Positions 27,001 through 40,365 of a DNA stretch of 61,348 nucleotides are shown in pieces. The translations under genes and the position numbers were made by a program. Position 1 is the first letter of the stretch, and each line of letters opens with the position of its first letter. Under the pieces are notes generated by a model, which saw nothing but the letters and a program-made list of their open reading frames with translations, had not been told where the DNA came from and did no database searches. Where the stretch lies: NCBI GenBank assembly GCA_010093705.1, contig MU006111.1, positions 263,244 through 324,591 of the forward strand, given 5' to 3'. The DNA is from Patellaria atrata CBS 101060 (lineage: Eukaryota).

Positions 27001-30000
27001 AATACCTCTAAAAAGAGTTTATCGAGTTAAGCGAGGCACTATATATATCTTTAGTATTATTCGCTAAGAAACCGGGTGATAGTTAAAGATTTTATATAAA
27101 TTACTAAAAACTTAATAGTATTACTAAAAAAGATAAGTACCTATTACCACTTATAGAAAAGATATTAGTCTAGCTATAACGCGTAAAAATATTCACGAAA
27201 CTTAATATATAGTAAGTATTCTACTAAATATAGATAATAAAGTTAGCTAAAAATCTTATTATATTTTAAACCTAATACGACTCTTTTAAATATAAGATAT
27301 TACTATTTAGTCTATATAATAGCCTCGCCTCTTTCTAATAGTTTATTAATAAGGCTTTCTTTAAATATCTAGATAACTTCTATATAACTTATATAGATAA
27401 TATTTTAGTCTATTCTATATACCTAATAGAGTATAAAGCGTATATTATTAAGATGCTAAAAATATTAACTAAAACTAATCTATAGGCTAATATTAAGAAG
27501 AGTAAGTTCTATATAATTAAGATAAAGTTCCTTAAATTTATTATTAATATAGATAGCCTAGTTATAAACCTAAAGAAAATAGAAGTAATCTAGAATTAAT
27601 AACTACTAATAAGCGTTAAAGGTATATAATCTTTTATTAGATTCTATAACTTCTACCGGAAGTTCCTCGATAAGTTTAGACGAGTAATACGGCTATTAAT
27701 AAGCCGTATTAAGAAAGGAGTACCCTAGTAACTACTTAGGTTAAAAGAATATAAGGCCTTTAAGAGAGTAAAATAATTAATACTATTAGATTAAGTGATA
27801 GTATATTATAGCTCTTTACTAGAAACTAGGGTCGAATTAGACTATAATAATAGGGTAATAGCTATAGCTATCTTATAGAAATACGGCGATAAGTGAAGGC
27901 TTATTATCTTCTAGATTAAAACGCTTTTAGAGTCTAAATTAAGATATAAAATCTATAATAAGAAGATACTCGCTATTATAAAAATATTAGTTAAATAGAA
28001 GAGTATACTAGTAGAATTATAGTAAATATTCTTTATTATTATTATTAACCACTAAGCTCTAGAGTACTTTATAACGAAATAGTTACTTAATATACGGTAA
28101 GCTCGTTAGAGCGAGGCCTTAACTAACTTTTATTTTCGAATTAAGTATCGATCTAGAGTAGAGAATATAGTCGCCGACGCTTTATTTTAGAAGTAGGAGG
28201 ATCTTAAGATAGTTAAGAAGAAAGATATCGCTATATAAATTTAAGTACTATTTCACCTATAAATAATAGTGACTATAAGCTATCTCTTTACGAGATCTAG
28301 TTAAGCTTATACTTATACTTTTACTATACTTAAGGGTGCCTTAATTAAGCTCTTAATACCTCCTACTACGATAATAAAATCGATAAGATATATATTTAGA
28401 AAGAAGGAGGATATAATTAAGCTAATTATATTAAACTAGAACTAGATAGGTATTATATCTATAATAATATAATATAGCTATAGTAATTATATTTTAACTA
28501 TCTTTATTATTAACTACTAAGTATAGAGATTAAGTTAAGAAATAATAATATTATAGACCGAATATTTATATATAATAGTCCCGTCTTATTAAGTCTCGGC
28601 CCGATTATCTTCCGTTTAACTAATTAACGCTTAAAGATCTTTTCCGCGTCCGATTTAGTAAAGATCTTTTATAAATAAATTAAACACTTAATATAAAAAA
28701 TATAGGATTAATATTATAATACGTCGTTATAATATCTAATTCGCTCTAGTCCGGCTCGGGAAATCACGGAACTAGAAAAGAGGAAAAAAGAGGACCTAGA
28801 ACTATTATAAACTAGCTAGAACTCGATATAAAGAAGGGCGATTCTAAATTATATAAATAACTAGTCTTAAGGTCTTAAGAAGCGCTAGTAGAGCGGTTAT
28901 TATTAATTAAACTTATTAATAAGATTATTTAAAAGAATAGAATATATAAGTCGCTAGCTCCTTTTTAGAAATAAGCTAAGATAAGAGAAAAGCACTAAAA
29001 TATCCGCGAAAATCTATTACTATAATTTAACTAACTAATAGTACTAGATATTAGTAACCTCCGTATATATCTACTTTAAGATATCTATAATACTCTAATA
29101 ACCGGGTATCTAAGAGTATAGAAAATAAAAGATTTAATTAAAGATTAATATTACTAGCCGGGCCTAATAGCTAATATAGAGAGATACGTACGAAACTATT
29201 ATATATATTATTAGATATATATATTAAGAGATAAAACTCTAGATTTACTAAAATCTTTATTAATTAGAGATAGATATTAATAGTATATAATATTCGACTT
29301 TAAGTTATTTCTAAAGAATAAATATAAATTTAAGATAATCTTTATTATCGTTAATAAACTTAGGAAATAAACTATCTCTATATCTTATAAACGAGATATA
29401 TCCGCTAAATTAGTAGCTAAGCTATATTACGAATATATATAGAGAATATATAATATACCTAAAACGGTAATATTTAATCGAGGACCCTAATTTATCTCGA
29501 TATTTATAGACGAGCTATATAAACTAATAAGAATTAAATAGAAGCTATTTATAGTATATTATTTCTAGATAAATAATAGTATAGAGATTATAAATTAATA
29601 TATTAACTTAAGATTACGCCTCTTTATAAACTATTACTAAGATAATTAGTTAGAATTAATACTAGCCGTAAACTTCGTCTAGATAACGTTAATTTATAAA
29701 TTAATAAGTATCTTATTATATAAATTAGAACTTAAATATAAATTATAAATACACTTTAATTAGTATAAGTGTATTAACCTAAATAATTATAAGACCGTTA
29801 AGAATTATATAAGTCGAGAAGAGATATAGTAGTTTATAAAATAAATCTATAATACTATTAAATAAATTAGAGGGAACTTAGCTTAGATATAAATAACGTA
29901 AGTTAAAGTAGCTAATAAGCACCGTCGAGAGCCGGATTTTAAACCGGGCGACTATATCTTTATTACTTAGAAAGGCTAAACTTTAGATAGACTAAACGTT

Positions 30001-30760
30001 AAACTAGACTACTAAAACGTTAGACTATATAAAATTACTAGTATAAAAGGATATTTCTATATAATAGACCTACTATCTAATATAAAAATATCGAATATAT
30101 TTTATATAGATAGGCTAAGAAAGGTTATTATAGATTTATTTTTAAATTAATAACTAGAACTACCCCTATTAATTAAGATTAACGGGGAACTAAAGTACGA
30201 AGTCGATAAGATATTAACTAGCCGTATCGTATAGAGTTAATTATAATATAAAGTAAGCTAGATAGATTATAATCCTAATAATATATAATATTTAGCCTTA
30301 AATTTTATTAGAGCCCTATATAAGATAAAGAAGTTTTATAATAAAAGATTATTAGACGCTAAGCCTCTAATTCGATTAAATATATAGCTTAAAGCCTATC
30401 GGGCTAATAATCACGAATTAGAACTATATTTAGATAATAATAAAGTTAAGAAAAAAGGTCTAGCTTAAATTTAAAGACGTCGAAAGTGAGTATAAATAAG
30501 ATAAACGTTACTATAGAAATTCGTAACTAGTTAGCGATTTCTACTTTTAGAGGAGAGGATAATATAATAATATTATAGATTATTATTTTTTACTTTCCCT
30601 TATTAATAGTAATCGCGCCGAGATTCTACTACTACGTGCTTAATACTAGTAGATCACGCGATTATAACTTCTTCTTTTCTTAACTTAATCTCTTTATACT
30701 ATAGTTAGATTATACTAGTTATAATTTAATTCGATTCTCTATAACCGCTACGCTATTATA
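24036..30760 (+). mobile_element. Ty3/Gypsy chromovirus A2, full length, containing a B solo LTR
   Basis: 198-bp LTRs at 24036-24233 and 30563-30760; TSD TAACT; PPT AGAGGAGAGGATAA. De-RIP motifs: RT [21 protein letters not shown] (~27054), integrase SDRGPQF (~29473), chromodomain NGELEYEVDKILASR (30181). Domain order PR-RT-RH-INT-CHD. Confidence 0.96.
28460..28731 (-). mobile_element. Family-B solo LTR (272 bp) inside A2 pol
   Basis: Reverse complement of the B1 LTRs; TSD ATATC (28455-28459 / 28732-28736); the site is empty in A1 and A3. Confidence 0.95.
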
Positions 30761-33700
30761 TAACTTAAATATTTAGATATATAAATATTTTAGTTATAAG
30801 AAAATAATTAAATAATTAAATAACTAAATATTATAGCTATAAGTTATAAGAATATATAGATAATAAGTAAAAGAAAAAAAGAAATATTATTTAAAGAAAC
30901 TATAAATAAAATAAATAATAAAGAATTATATAACTAGATAATAATCGCCGGTCGCGTTAATTATTATAAATAACTAACGATTAAAATAATTAAATAATAA
31001 TTATTAATTATATTAATTATTATAAACGATTAATAATTAGAATAACTAAATAATAATTATCGATTATATTAATCGTTATAAATAACTAACGACTAGAATA
31101 ATTAAGATATAAATATATTAAATTAATTATAAAAAATAGAAATATTTAAAAATAATCTTTTCTTTATATATTTAAATTCTTTATAATTATTTTTACTAAT
31201 AATTTTATCTATAAATTAAAATATTATAGTTTTAAATTTAACTTTATTTATTATATTATTTCTATATAATATATTTTATCTTATTATAAATATTATCTAA
31301 AGTTAAGAAGTTAATAAATTATACTATTAACTTAAAATATTTTTATTATATATATCCTATCACTTTACTAAATTTACCTTTATAATTAACTATATTAAAT
31401 AAGAAGTTAGGCGTGTTTCTAAACTTATCTAATTTTATCTTAATAAGTATAAACTCCTATTATAATATTATAATTATTATATAATAAAAAAGTATATAAT
31501 AGACTTAGATATAATATTATTAATTATAATTAATATAAAGATAGATAAAGAATATATTTAAGTATTATATAAATATATTAATAAATTTAAAAATAAAGAG
31601 ATAATTTAAAAATTTAAAAATTAGCTTAAATAATTTATTATATAATTATTATTACTATAAAAGCGGACCGTAAAAGTTAAAAAACGCGCACTATATAATA
31701 GTAAATAAGATAAGTTAAAAGGATTTTTAATCTAGATAAAAATTTATTATAAAAGAATAAAGTTAATAAATAATAGTAAATATATACTTAATATATTAAT
31801 ATATTTTAAAGAAGATACTTTAAAATAGTTTAAATCTATTATATAAGACTATCTTAAGAATAGTGAAGAATATTAAAAAGACGAAATAATAGAAATCTTT
31901 AAATTATTTTTAAAGTTCGAAGAAATACTTAAAAACGTTTTTAAAGAAGTTAACGAATAATAGATAATTAAAAGAAAGCTTTAAGAACTTAAATAAAAAG
32001 AGTTAACTTTAAAGTATATAATTATATTTTAATAGATAATATTAATATTAAATTAGCCTAATAAATCACTAATAATCGCTTTCTATTAAGGCTTAAAGAA
32101 AGAAGTAAAGAATAAGTAAATTTATTATAAAAGACTAATAATTATATAAAATATAATAATTTTAATAGTTAGAATAGATAATAGATTATATAAATATAGA
32201 TAAAAAAAGGGAGGATAAAAGAATATTATAATTAAATATAAAAAGAAAATAATAAAAGCTATAAATAGATAAAATTAAAAAGATCTAATAAATCTTAACT
32301 AATTATAATAGATAAAATAAAAGAAGTTAAAGAAATAATAATAATTTATTTAAAAAGAAAAGAAATACTTTATAAATAAAATATATTTATAATATAAAGA
32401 AATAGAATATTTTAAGAAAAACTACCTATAAAAAATATAATTATTCTCGCGATATAATCGATATATATAACTTAGAGTTATATATCTAATATTACTATTA
32501 TTAGTCTTATTATTAGAAGAGGAAAAGATTAAAGAAACACTATTATTCTATTAAATAAGAATAAATAGATTACTAATATTATTTTTAATAATAGAAAATT
32601 AGCTAGAAAAGAGGACACTTCGATAATATTTAGATTATTAATAATATTAGACGTATAAAAACGTATATACGTATATAGTATTAAAATATCTAGTATAGAA
32701 CTAGAGTTAAAGAATTAAAGTATAAATATCTAATAAATTAAGCTTTATATACTAGATTATAAAGTAATAACGATAGCTTAAATAAGAATTCTAGAATTAG
32801 AAGTTAATTAAATCTAAATTTAATATTAATATAAGTATTAAAGAGTAATAATTAAATCTTATATTAAAAGTAAAAGATTATTTAACCTTTTAATAAATAT
32901 AATATAAAGAAGATAACTACTTATATTATAAATAGTAGAAAATTATAGTAAAATATAAGAATTAAGATTTTATATATATATATTTATCTAAAAACGAGTA
33001 CTAGGTAAAAGAGTATAAAACCCACGAAGATAAAACGAAAATATTTAAAAAGAATTAAGAACTTAAACTATTAATAGATAATTATAGAAAGTATAATAGT
33101 TTTAATTATATAAATAAACTTAAATATAGATAATACTACTAGATATTAATCTATATAAGATATATATATAGTAGTAATATAGAAAGATTATAAATATAGT
33201 ACGGATTATTAATATTATAAAGAATTAAAGAAAAAGTTCTATAAAATAAAAGTGTTTTTATAGAAAATAGAAATACTTAAAAATAGTAGAGAAACTACTA
33301 AATAAACTACTAAATATAACGTAATAAACTTTAGATAATACACGATTAAAGGAATATAATATAATTACTATACCGTGTAAAGATAAAGAGTAAGAATTAA
33401 AAGTTACCTAAATTATAATATAATTATTAAACGAGAATATCGAGAATTAAAGTGTAAGGAATATTATAAAAGTCTATATTATAATTAATATAATAAACTA
33501 TATTAAACTATATATATAAAATTAAATTACTTAATATATAGTTATATAAAAAATTATTAAGCTATTTAAGATAGAAATAATTAAGAAGTATAATTTCTAA
33601 GTTTTTTAAAACTCTATAAAGTAATAATAGAATATTTTAGATAAATATTATTATATATAGTAAAAGAATAATAGCGTTAATCGATAATAATATTACTAAT

Positions 33701-36700
33701 TTATTTATCTTATCCCGATAAATAAAGAAGAAAAGTATATTTTATATAAAACTTAAAAATCTAATCCTATTATAACTAGAAAATAGTAAAGATATAGATT
33801 ATAGATAAGGTTTAATTAACTTTAAAACTATATTAATAAAAATTAATATATAAGAGAAGATAATTATTTAATATATCTTTATAATTAATTTTAAAGATAT
33901 AAATATAATTCTAGAAATAAACTAATTATAAATAATAAACCTAAATATTAATTAAAAGATAAAAAGTATCTAAATTAATTAAAATATTTTATAAAAAGAT
34001 AAAGTTAAATAAATAAAATATACTAGATAAATAAATATTAATATATTTATAAAAGATATTTTATATTATAAGATAATAAAAATCTATAGAAATAAATCTA
34101 ATAATATAGAAATAATATAATTTAAAAAAGTAAATATTAAGAAGATTTCTAAAGAATCTAAAATATCTAAAAAATATAATAAGTTTAAAGATTTATTTAA
34201 AATAGATATAATAATTATACTTTTAAATTACTAGATATAAGATTATAAAATAGTGTTAAAAAAGAGTATAAAACTATAATTTAGTTCTATTTACCTATTA
34301 TTACGAGAATAATATATAGTACTTAAAGAATATATCCGTATTAACTTAAAAAAAGGATATATACGACCTAATAAAAGTTTAATAGTTTTATTAATTCTAT
34401 TTATATTAAAGAAAAATAGTAAATTAAGATTATATATCGATTATAAATAACTAAATAATATTATAATAAAGAATAAATATTTATTACCCTTAATCTTAAA
34501 AATTTAAGATAAATTATAAAAAGTAAATTAGTTTATAAAATTCGATATTTATAAAAGATACTATCGAATCTATATAAAAGAAGATAAAGAATAGAAAATA
34601 GCTATAAAAATAAGACTTAAATTATATAAATATATAGTAATATTATTTAATTTAATTAATACTTTAATAATATTTTAAATAATAATTAATTATATACTAA
34701 AAGAATATTTAGATATATTTATAATTACTTATTTAAATAATATACTAATATATATAAACGGAACGCTTAAAGAGTATAAAGAATATATAAAGAAAATATT
34801 AATAAAACTATAAGAAAAGAGACTTTTAATATATTTAAATAAATATAAATTCTATATTAAAGAAATAGAATTCTTAGACTTTATTATTACTATTAAAGAT
34901 ATATAAGAAGATTTAAAGAAAATAGCTATAATTAAAGATTAATTAATATTAAAGAATATAAAAGATATATAATTATTTTTAAATTTTATAAATTATTATA
35001 AAAAGTTTATTTAAAGATACTTAAAGATAATAACGCCGTTATTAGAATTAATAAAGAAGGAAAATACCTTTATTTAAATAGAAAAAATATAGAAAGTATT
35101 TAATAAATTTAAGAAGAAATTTATTATAATATCTATCTTAATTATATTTAACTTAGAGAAATCGATAATATTAAAAACTAATATATCTAATTATATATTA
35201 GATATATATATAAGTTAGTTAAATAAGAAAAAATAATTATATCTAATAACTTTTTATTTATAGAAATTTATAGCTATAAAGTTAAATTATAATATATATA
35301 ATAAAGAATTATTAGCGATTATCGATATATTTAAATAATAGAGATTATATCTAAAAAAACTTAAATATATTATAAAAGTTTAGTTAGATTATTAAAATTT
35401 AATAAACTTCCTTATAATAAAGAAATTAAATTAAAGATAAATAAAATAAACGGAAATACTTATATTCTTTAACTTTAAAATATTTTATAAACTAAAAGTT
35501 AAAAATAAACTAGTTAATATTATAAATAGAAAATTTAATTATCTAGAAAAAATAAAACTAATATATAATATAGTATTAAAAAAGGAAAATAACGCGATTA
35601 TCTATAATTAATCGAAATTAGCTATAATACTAATAGTTAAATCTATAAGAAAATAATAGATTTATAATATCTATTAAAAAAATAGTATAATAAAGAAGTT
35701 CTAAAAGAGTAATAATTTTAAAGTAATATAAATAACTTAAAGAATATAATTATATAATAGGTTTATATATATATTAATAATATTATAAAAAACTCTTACT
35801 AAAGAAATCTATAAAGCACTAGTATATAATTATTAAGATATTAATAAAATCTTAAAAAGAATCTTAAAGAACTATTATTTCTTAAAAATAAGAGGTATAA
35901 TAAAGTAAATTATCTTAAAATATAATAACTATATATAGAATAAGAGTATAAGATATATATTTTATAAGTAAATATAATATATTAAATTATTAAAATGAGT
36001 ATAAAATTTAATTATAATAAATTTTATCACTAATTTATTAAGATTTATAGATTTAGTAATAAAAGTAAAGTATAATATAATATTAATAATTATTAAATAA
36101 TTAATAAAGTTTACCTATTTTATATTAGTAAAGATAACGATAATAATACTATAAATAATAGTATTAGTATTAAAAGTAATATTAATTAACTATTAAATAT
36201 TTAAAGAAGTTATCTTAAATTAAGATAAACTATTTATATTAATATTTTAATAAACTTTAGTATAAAGTTTAAAGGTAAACTATAAACTATTAATAAGCTT
36301 TTACTTATAAATAGATAATTAAATTAAGAGAATAAATTAATCTTTAAAGTAATACTTATATAACTATATAAATTATTAATAGAATAACTAGATAGAGTTA
36401 CTATTAATAATATAATTTATATATAATAACGCGAAATTTAATATTATAAAGATTTTACTCTTTTATATAAACTATAGTTTTAAACTAGAAGTATATTATA
36501 AGTTAAAAATAGTTTAAAATATTTTATAAGAAATAATATTAAAAGTTAAGTAAATTAAAGAATTATATATATAATTATTATAAGATATAACTTTCTAAAT
36601 AATAAGGGTTATAAAGTATAATAATTAATATAGATCGCTAAAACTAATCTTTAAAAGAGAGAATAAAGTTTATTTACTATAAAAAAAACTTAAAATAAAA

Positions 36701-36998
36701 TAATTAAGTAAGAAACTAAATTATAAGAAAATTAAATCCTTTAAAATTAAATAAATTAAAAAAAGAGTTAATTATAAGTTAAAATTACTTAAAAAAATAA
36801 AGATATATTTAATTTTCTATATATTACTTCTAAAATTAGTATATATTAACGTTAAACTTTAAATATAATCTATAAAACTTAAAAAAGAAGATATTTATAA
36901 AATAGAATATATTCTAGATTTATAATAAATAAACGATTAATAGAAATATTTAATAAAATAAAAAAGTTATAAATATATAAATAATATATAGAAATTAT

Positions 36999-37547
36999 TT
37001 AAGTATTTAATAAATTATAATTAGAAGCTTAAATAGTTTTATCGTTAAAACTAAAAAACTCTAAACTTTTAAAAATAGAGAAATCTAAACTAAATTAACT
37101 AAAAGAAGATACGATAATAAAGAAAGAAAAAATAATTAAAAAAGCTTATTATCTTTTAACTACTCGTTTTAAAGTCTCTAATTTCTTAATAGAACTTAAT
37201 TTATAATAAAATATTTTAATCTCTTTTTAATTAAGAAAGTAAAGCTATTATATTAACTATTTCTTTTAAATAAAAGCCTTATTATAAATGGAGCGAGTTT
37301 AAACGAGTTAATAATAAAACTTAACTTTTAAAGTATCGAGTTTATTCTAATTCTTTTATAATATTACGAGATTATATTTTATATTACGAGTAAGATATTT
37401 AGAATAGAAACTAAAAGAGATATTAATAATATAAAAATAAAAAGAATAATAATAAATAGAATAAAAAGTTAATATAAAATAATTATATAAAGTAATATAA
37501 ATAATATAATATTAATAATAGATTAAATAAGATTTAACTTTTAATAT
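36999..37547 (-). pseudogene. RIP-degraded antisense ORF of C2 (183 codons; Zn2Cys6-like plus coiled coil)
   Basis: Minus-strand frame from ATA (inferred ATG) at 37547. It back-translates to PC-S-T-C-x6-C-x8-C-SE-C-LARGVK-C-DLVVSQKDWDKL...ELSSIEELE. Internal stops are TAA/TAG, as expected from RIP of Gln/Trp/Arg codons. Confidence 0.7.
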
Positions 37548-37770
37548 TTTAAAAGAAAAGGAAAAAAGATATATATAACTTAATAAATAGGCGATATATC
37601 TATTTTATATTTAAGTAAAAGAAATAAACTCTTAAAATAAAAGTTAAGAAAAGAAAGAATAGTATTATAACTATAAATTATAAGAATATATAAATAATAA
37701 ATAAAAGAAAGGAAGAAATATTATTTAAAGAAATTATAAATAAAATAAATAATAAAGAATCACGTAACTA

Positions 37771-37940
37771 AATAATAATCGCCGGTTATATTAATTATTA
37801 TAAATAACTAACGACTAAAATAATTAGATAGTAATCACCGGTTATATTAATTATCGTGAATAACTAATAATTAGAATAATGAAATAATAATTATCGATTA
37901 CGTTAATTATTATAAATAATTAATAATTAGAATAATTAAG
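37771..37940 (+). repeat. 56-bp x3 tandem repeat within the C2-type LTR (also ~30937-31105 and, reversed, ~9400-9570)
   Basis: Units start at 37771, 37827 and 37883. Confidence 0.8.
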
Positions 37941-39489
37941 ATATAAATATACTAAATTAACTATAAAGAATAAAAATATTTAAGAATAATTTTTCTCTTA
38001 TATATTTAGATTTTTTATAGTTATTTTTACTAATAATCTTATCTATAAATTTAAATATTATAGTTTTAAACTTAACTTTATTTATTACGTTATTTCTATA
38101 TAATATATCTTATCTTATTATAAGTGTTATCTAAAGTTAAAGAGTTAATAAATTATATTATTAACTTAAAGTGCCTTTATTATATATATCTTATTATTTT
38201 ACTAAATTTATCTTTATAATTAACTATATTAAATAAGAAACTAGATATATTTCTAAACTTATCTAGTTTTATTTTAATAAATATAAACTCTCGTTATAAT
38301 ATTAAAATAATTAAAAGATATTATATAATTTAAATATTTAGATATATAGATATTTTAATTATAAAAGAATAATTAAATAATTAAATAACTAAAATAATTA
38401 AAGTATAAATAATTAAATTAATTATAAAAAATAGAAATATTTAAGAATAATTTTTTCTTTATATATTTAAATTCTTTATAATTATTCTTATTATTAATTT
38501 TATTTATAAATTTAAATATTATAGTTTTAAATTTAACTTTATTTATTATATTATTTTTATATAATATATCTTATTTTATTATAAATATTATCTAAAGTTA
38601 AGAAGTTAGTAAATTATATCGATAATTTAAAATATTTTTATTATATATATTTTATTATTTTATTAAATCTATCTTTATAGTTAATTATATTAAATAAAAA
38701 GTTAGATATATTTTTAAACTTATTTAATTTTATCTTAATAGATATAAACTTCTATTATAATAAAAAGATATATATAATTTAATAAATAAACGATATATTT
38801 ATTATATATTTAAATAAAAGAAATAAACTCTTAAAATAAAAGTTAAGAAGAAAGAGGATAATATTATAATTATAAATTATAAAAATATATAAATAATAAA
38901 TAAAGGAAAGAAAAAAATATTATTTAAAAAAATTATAAATAAAATAAGTAATAATAAATTATATAATTTAAATATTTAAATATTTAAATATTTTAATTAT
39001 AAAAAATAATTAAATAATTAAATAATTAGAATAATTAAAGAAGAATTATATAATTTAAATATTTAAATATTTAGATATTTTAGTTATAAAGAATAATTAA
39101 ATAATTAAGCGACTAAAATAATTAAAATATAGATAATTAAATTAATTATAAAGAATAAAAATATTTAAAAATAATCTTTTTTTTATATATTTAAATTCTT
39201 TATAATTATTTTTACTATTAATTTTATTTATAAATTTAGATATTATAGTTTTAAAACTTAATTTCACTTATTATATTATTTTTATATAATATATCTTATC
39301 TTATTATAAGTATTACTCGAAATTAAAAAGTTAATAAGTTATATTATTAACTTAAAATATCTTTATTATATATATATTATTACTTTATTAAATCTATTTT
39401 AATAATTAATTATATTAAATAAAAAATTAAATATATTTCTAAATTTATCTAATTTTATTTTAATAAATATAGACTTTTATTATAATAAT

Positions 39490-40085
39490 AATTAATTAAT
39501 TTTTTTTATTATAACTTTATAATTATAAATATAATTTATATTTTATAATTATAATTATAATTTAAATATATAAAAATTAATTAATTAATTTTAATTTTAA
39601 TTTATATATATATAAATATATTTACTTTTAATTAATATATAAATAATTTTTTAATTTATTAATTTTATTAATAATATTATTATTATAATTAATTTATATT
39701 AAAAGATATTTATTATAATATTTTTATAAAATATATTAAAAAATATATTTAAAAAATTTAAATAAAGAATTTTATTAAATAATAATTAAAGTTAAAAATA
39801 TATTTTTCTTATATTTATAATTTTTAAAAAGCTTTTTATAAAAATTTAAATATAATAAATATATAATTTAAAATATTAATTTTTATAATTTTAATAAAAT
39901 AAATTTTTATAATAAATATTATATATATTAATAAATATAATAAAAATAAATAATTTTAATTTAATAATTATAAATAAATTATAATAATTAAATATATAAA
40001 TAATAATAATTTTATATTATTTTTTTTATATTTTAATATATTAAATATAATTTTCTATTTTTTTTTAATTATTAAAATTTTATTA
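39490..40085 (+). mobile_element. Fot1/pogo transposase fragment R (separate subfamily), heavily RIPed
   Basis: De-RIP motifs ELKTRFSRVYDFQRALCE (~39788), YNFDETGFMMG (~39884) and IQPGNREWATVIECI (~39955). Boundaries are approximate. Confidence 0.7.
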
Positions 40086-40365
40086 AATAATTAAATAAAA
40101 AAAAAGATAATTATAATTAATAATTTATAAAAAATAAATAAAAATATTAATTAAAATAATTAAATAATATTATAAAAAAATAATATAAAAATAATTATAT
40201 ATAAAATTAATAAAAAAAATTATAAAAAATCTTTAAAATAAAAAATAAATTTTATATAATATAAAATATTATTAAATATTATATATTATTAAATAATATA
40301 TATTATTAAATATTATATATTATTAAATATTATAAATTTTTTTTAATAATTATTACTTTTATTAT

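Larger units (their letters stand above)
30829..38301 (+). mobile_element. Ty3/Gypsy chromovirus C2, full length (7473 bp)
   Basis: 639-bp LTRs at 30829-31467 and 37663-38301; TSD CTAAA/TTAAA. De-RIP motifs: gag CCHC knuckle (~32384-32425), protease ALIDSGA (~33674), RT PILFVPKKNGKLRLCVDYRQLN (~34391), chromodomain (~36885-37030). Confidence 0.94.
23929..38762 (+). mobile_element. Family-C variant solo LTR (23929-24035 + 30766-30828 + 38307-38762) inserted in the C1 3' purine tract; hosts A2 and C2
   Basis: TATTATAA...TTATAATA termini; TSD AAGAG/AAAAG (one G>A); the pieces reassemble into a copy of LTR 38862-39487. Confidence 0.85.
22949..39487 (+). mobile_element. Chromovirus C1, 5'-truncated: integrase end, chromodomain and 3' region at 22949-23928, resuming at 38768; 3' LTR at 38862-39487
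   Basis: 22949-23928 aligns to C2 36665-37568; 38768-38861 aligns to C2 37569-37662; PPT AAGAAGAAAGAGGATAA precedes the LTR. Confidence 0.85.

Noticed and set aside
13527..30760. Inversion mediated by the oppositely oriented A1 and A2
   Set aside because: Each element keeps its own matching TSD (ATAAT; TAACT), so their flanks have not been exchanged.
22949..38301. Tandem C elements sharing one LTR
   Set aside because: TSDs (AAGAG/AAAAG and CTAAA/TTAAA) show independent nested insertions instead.
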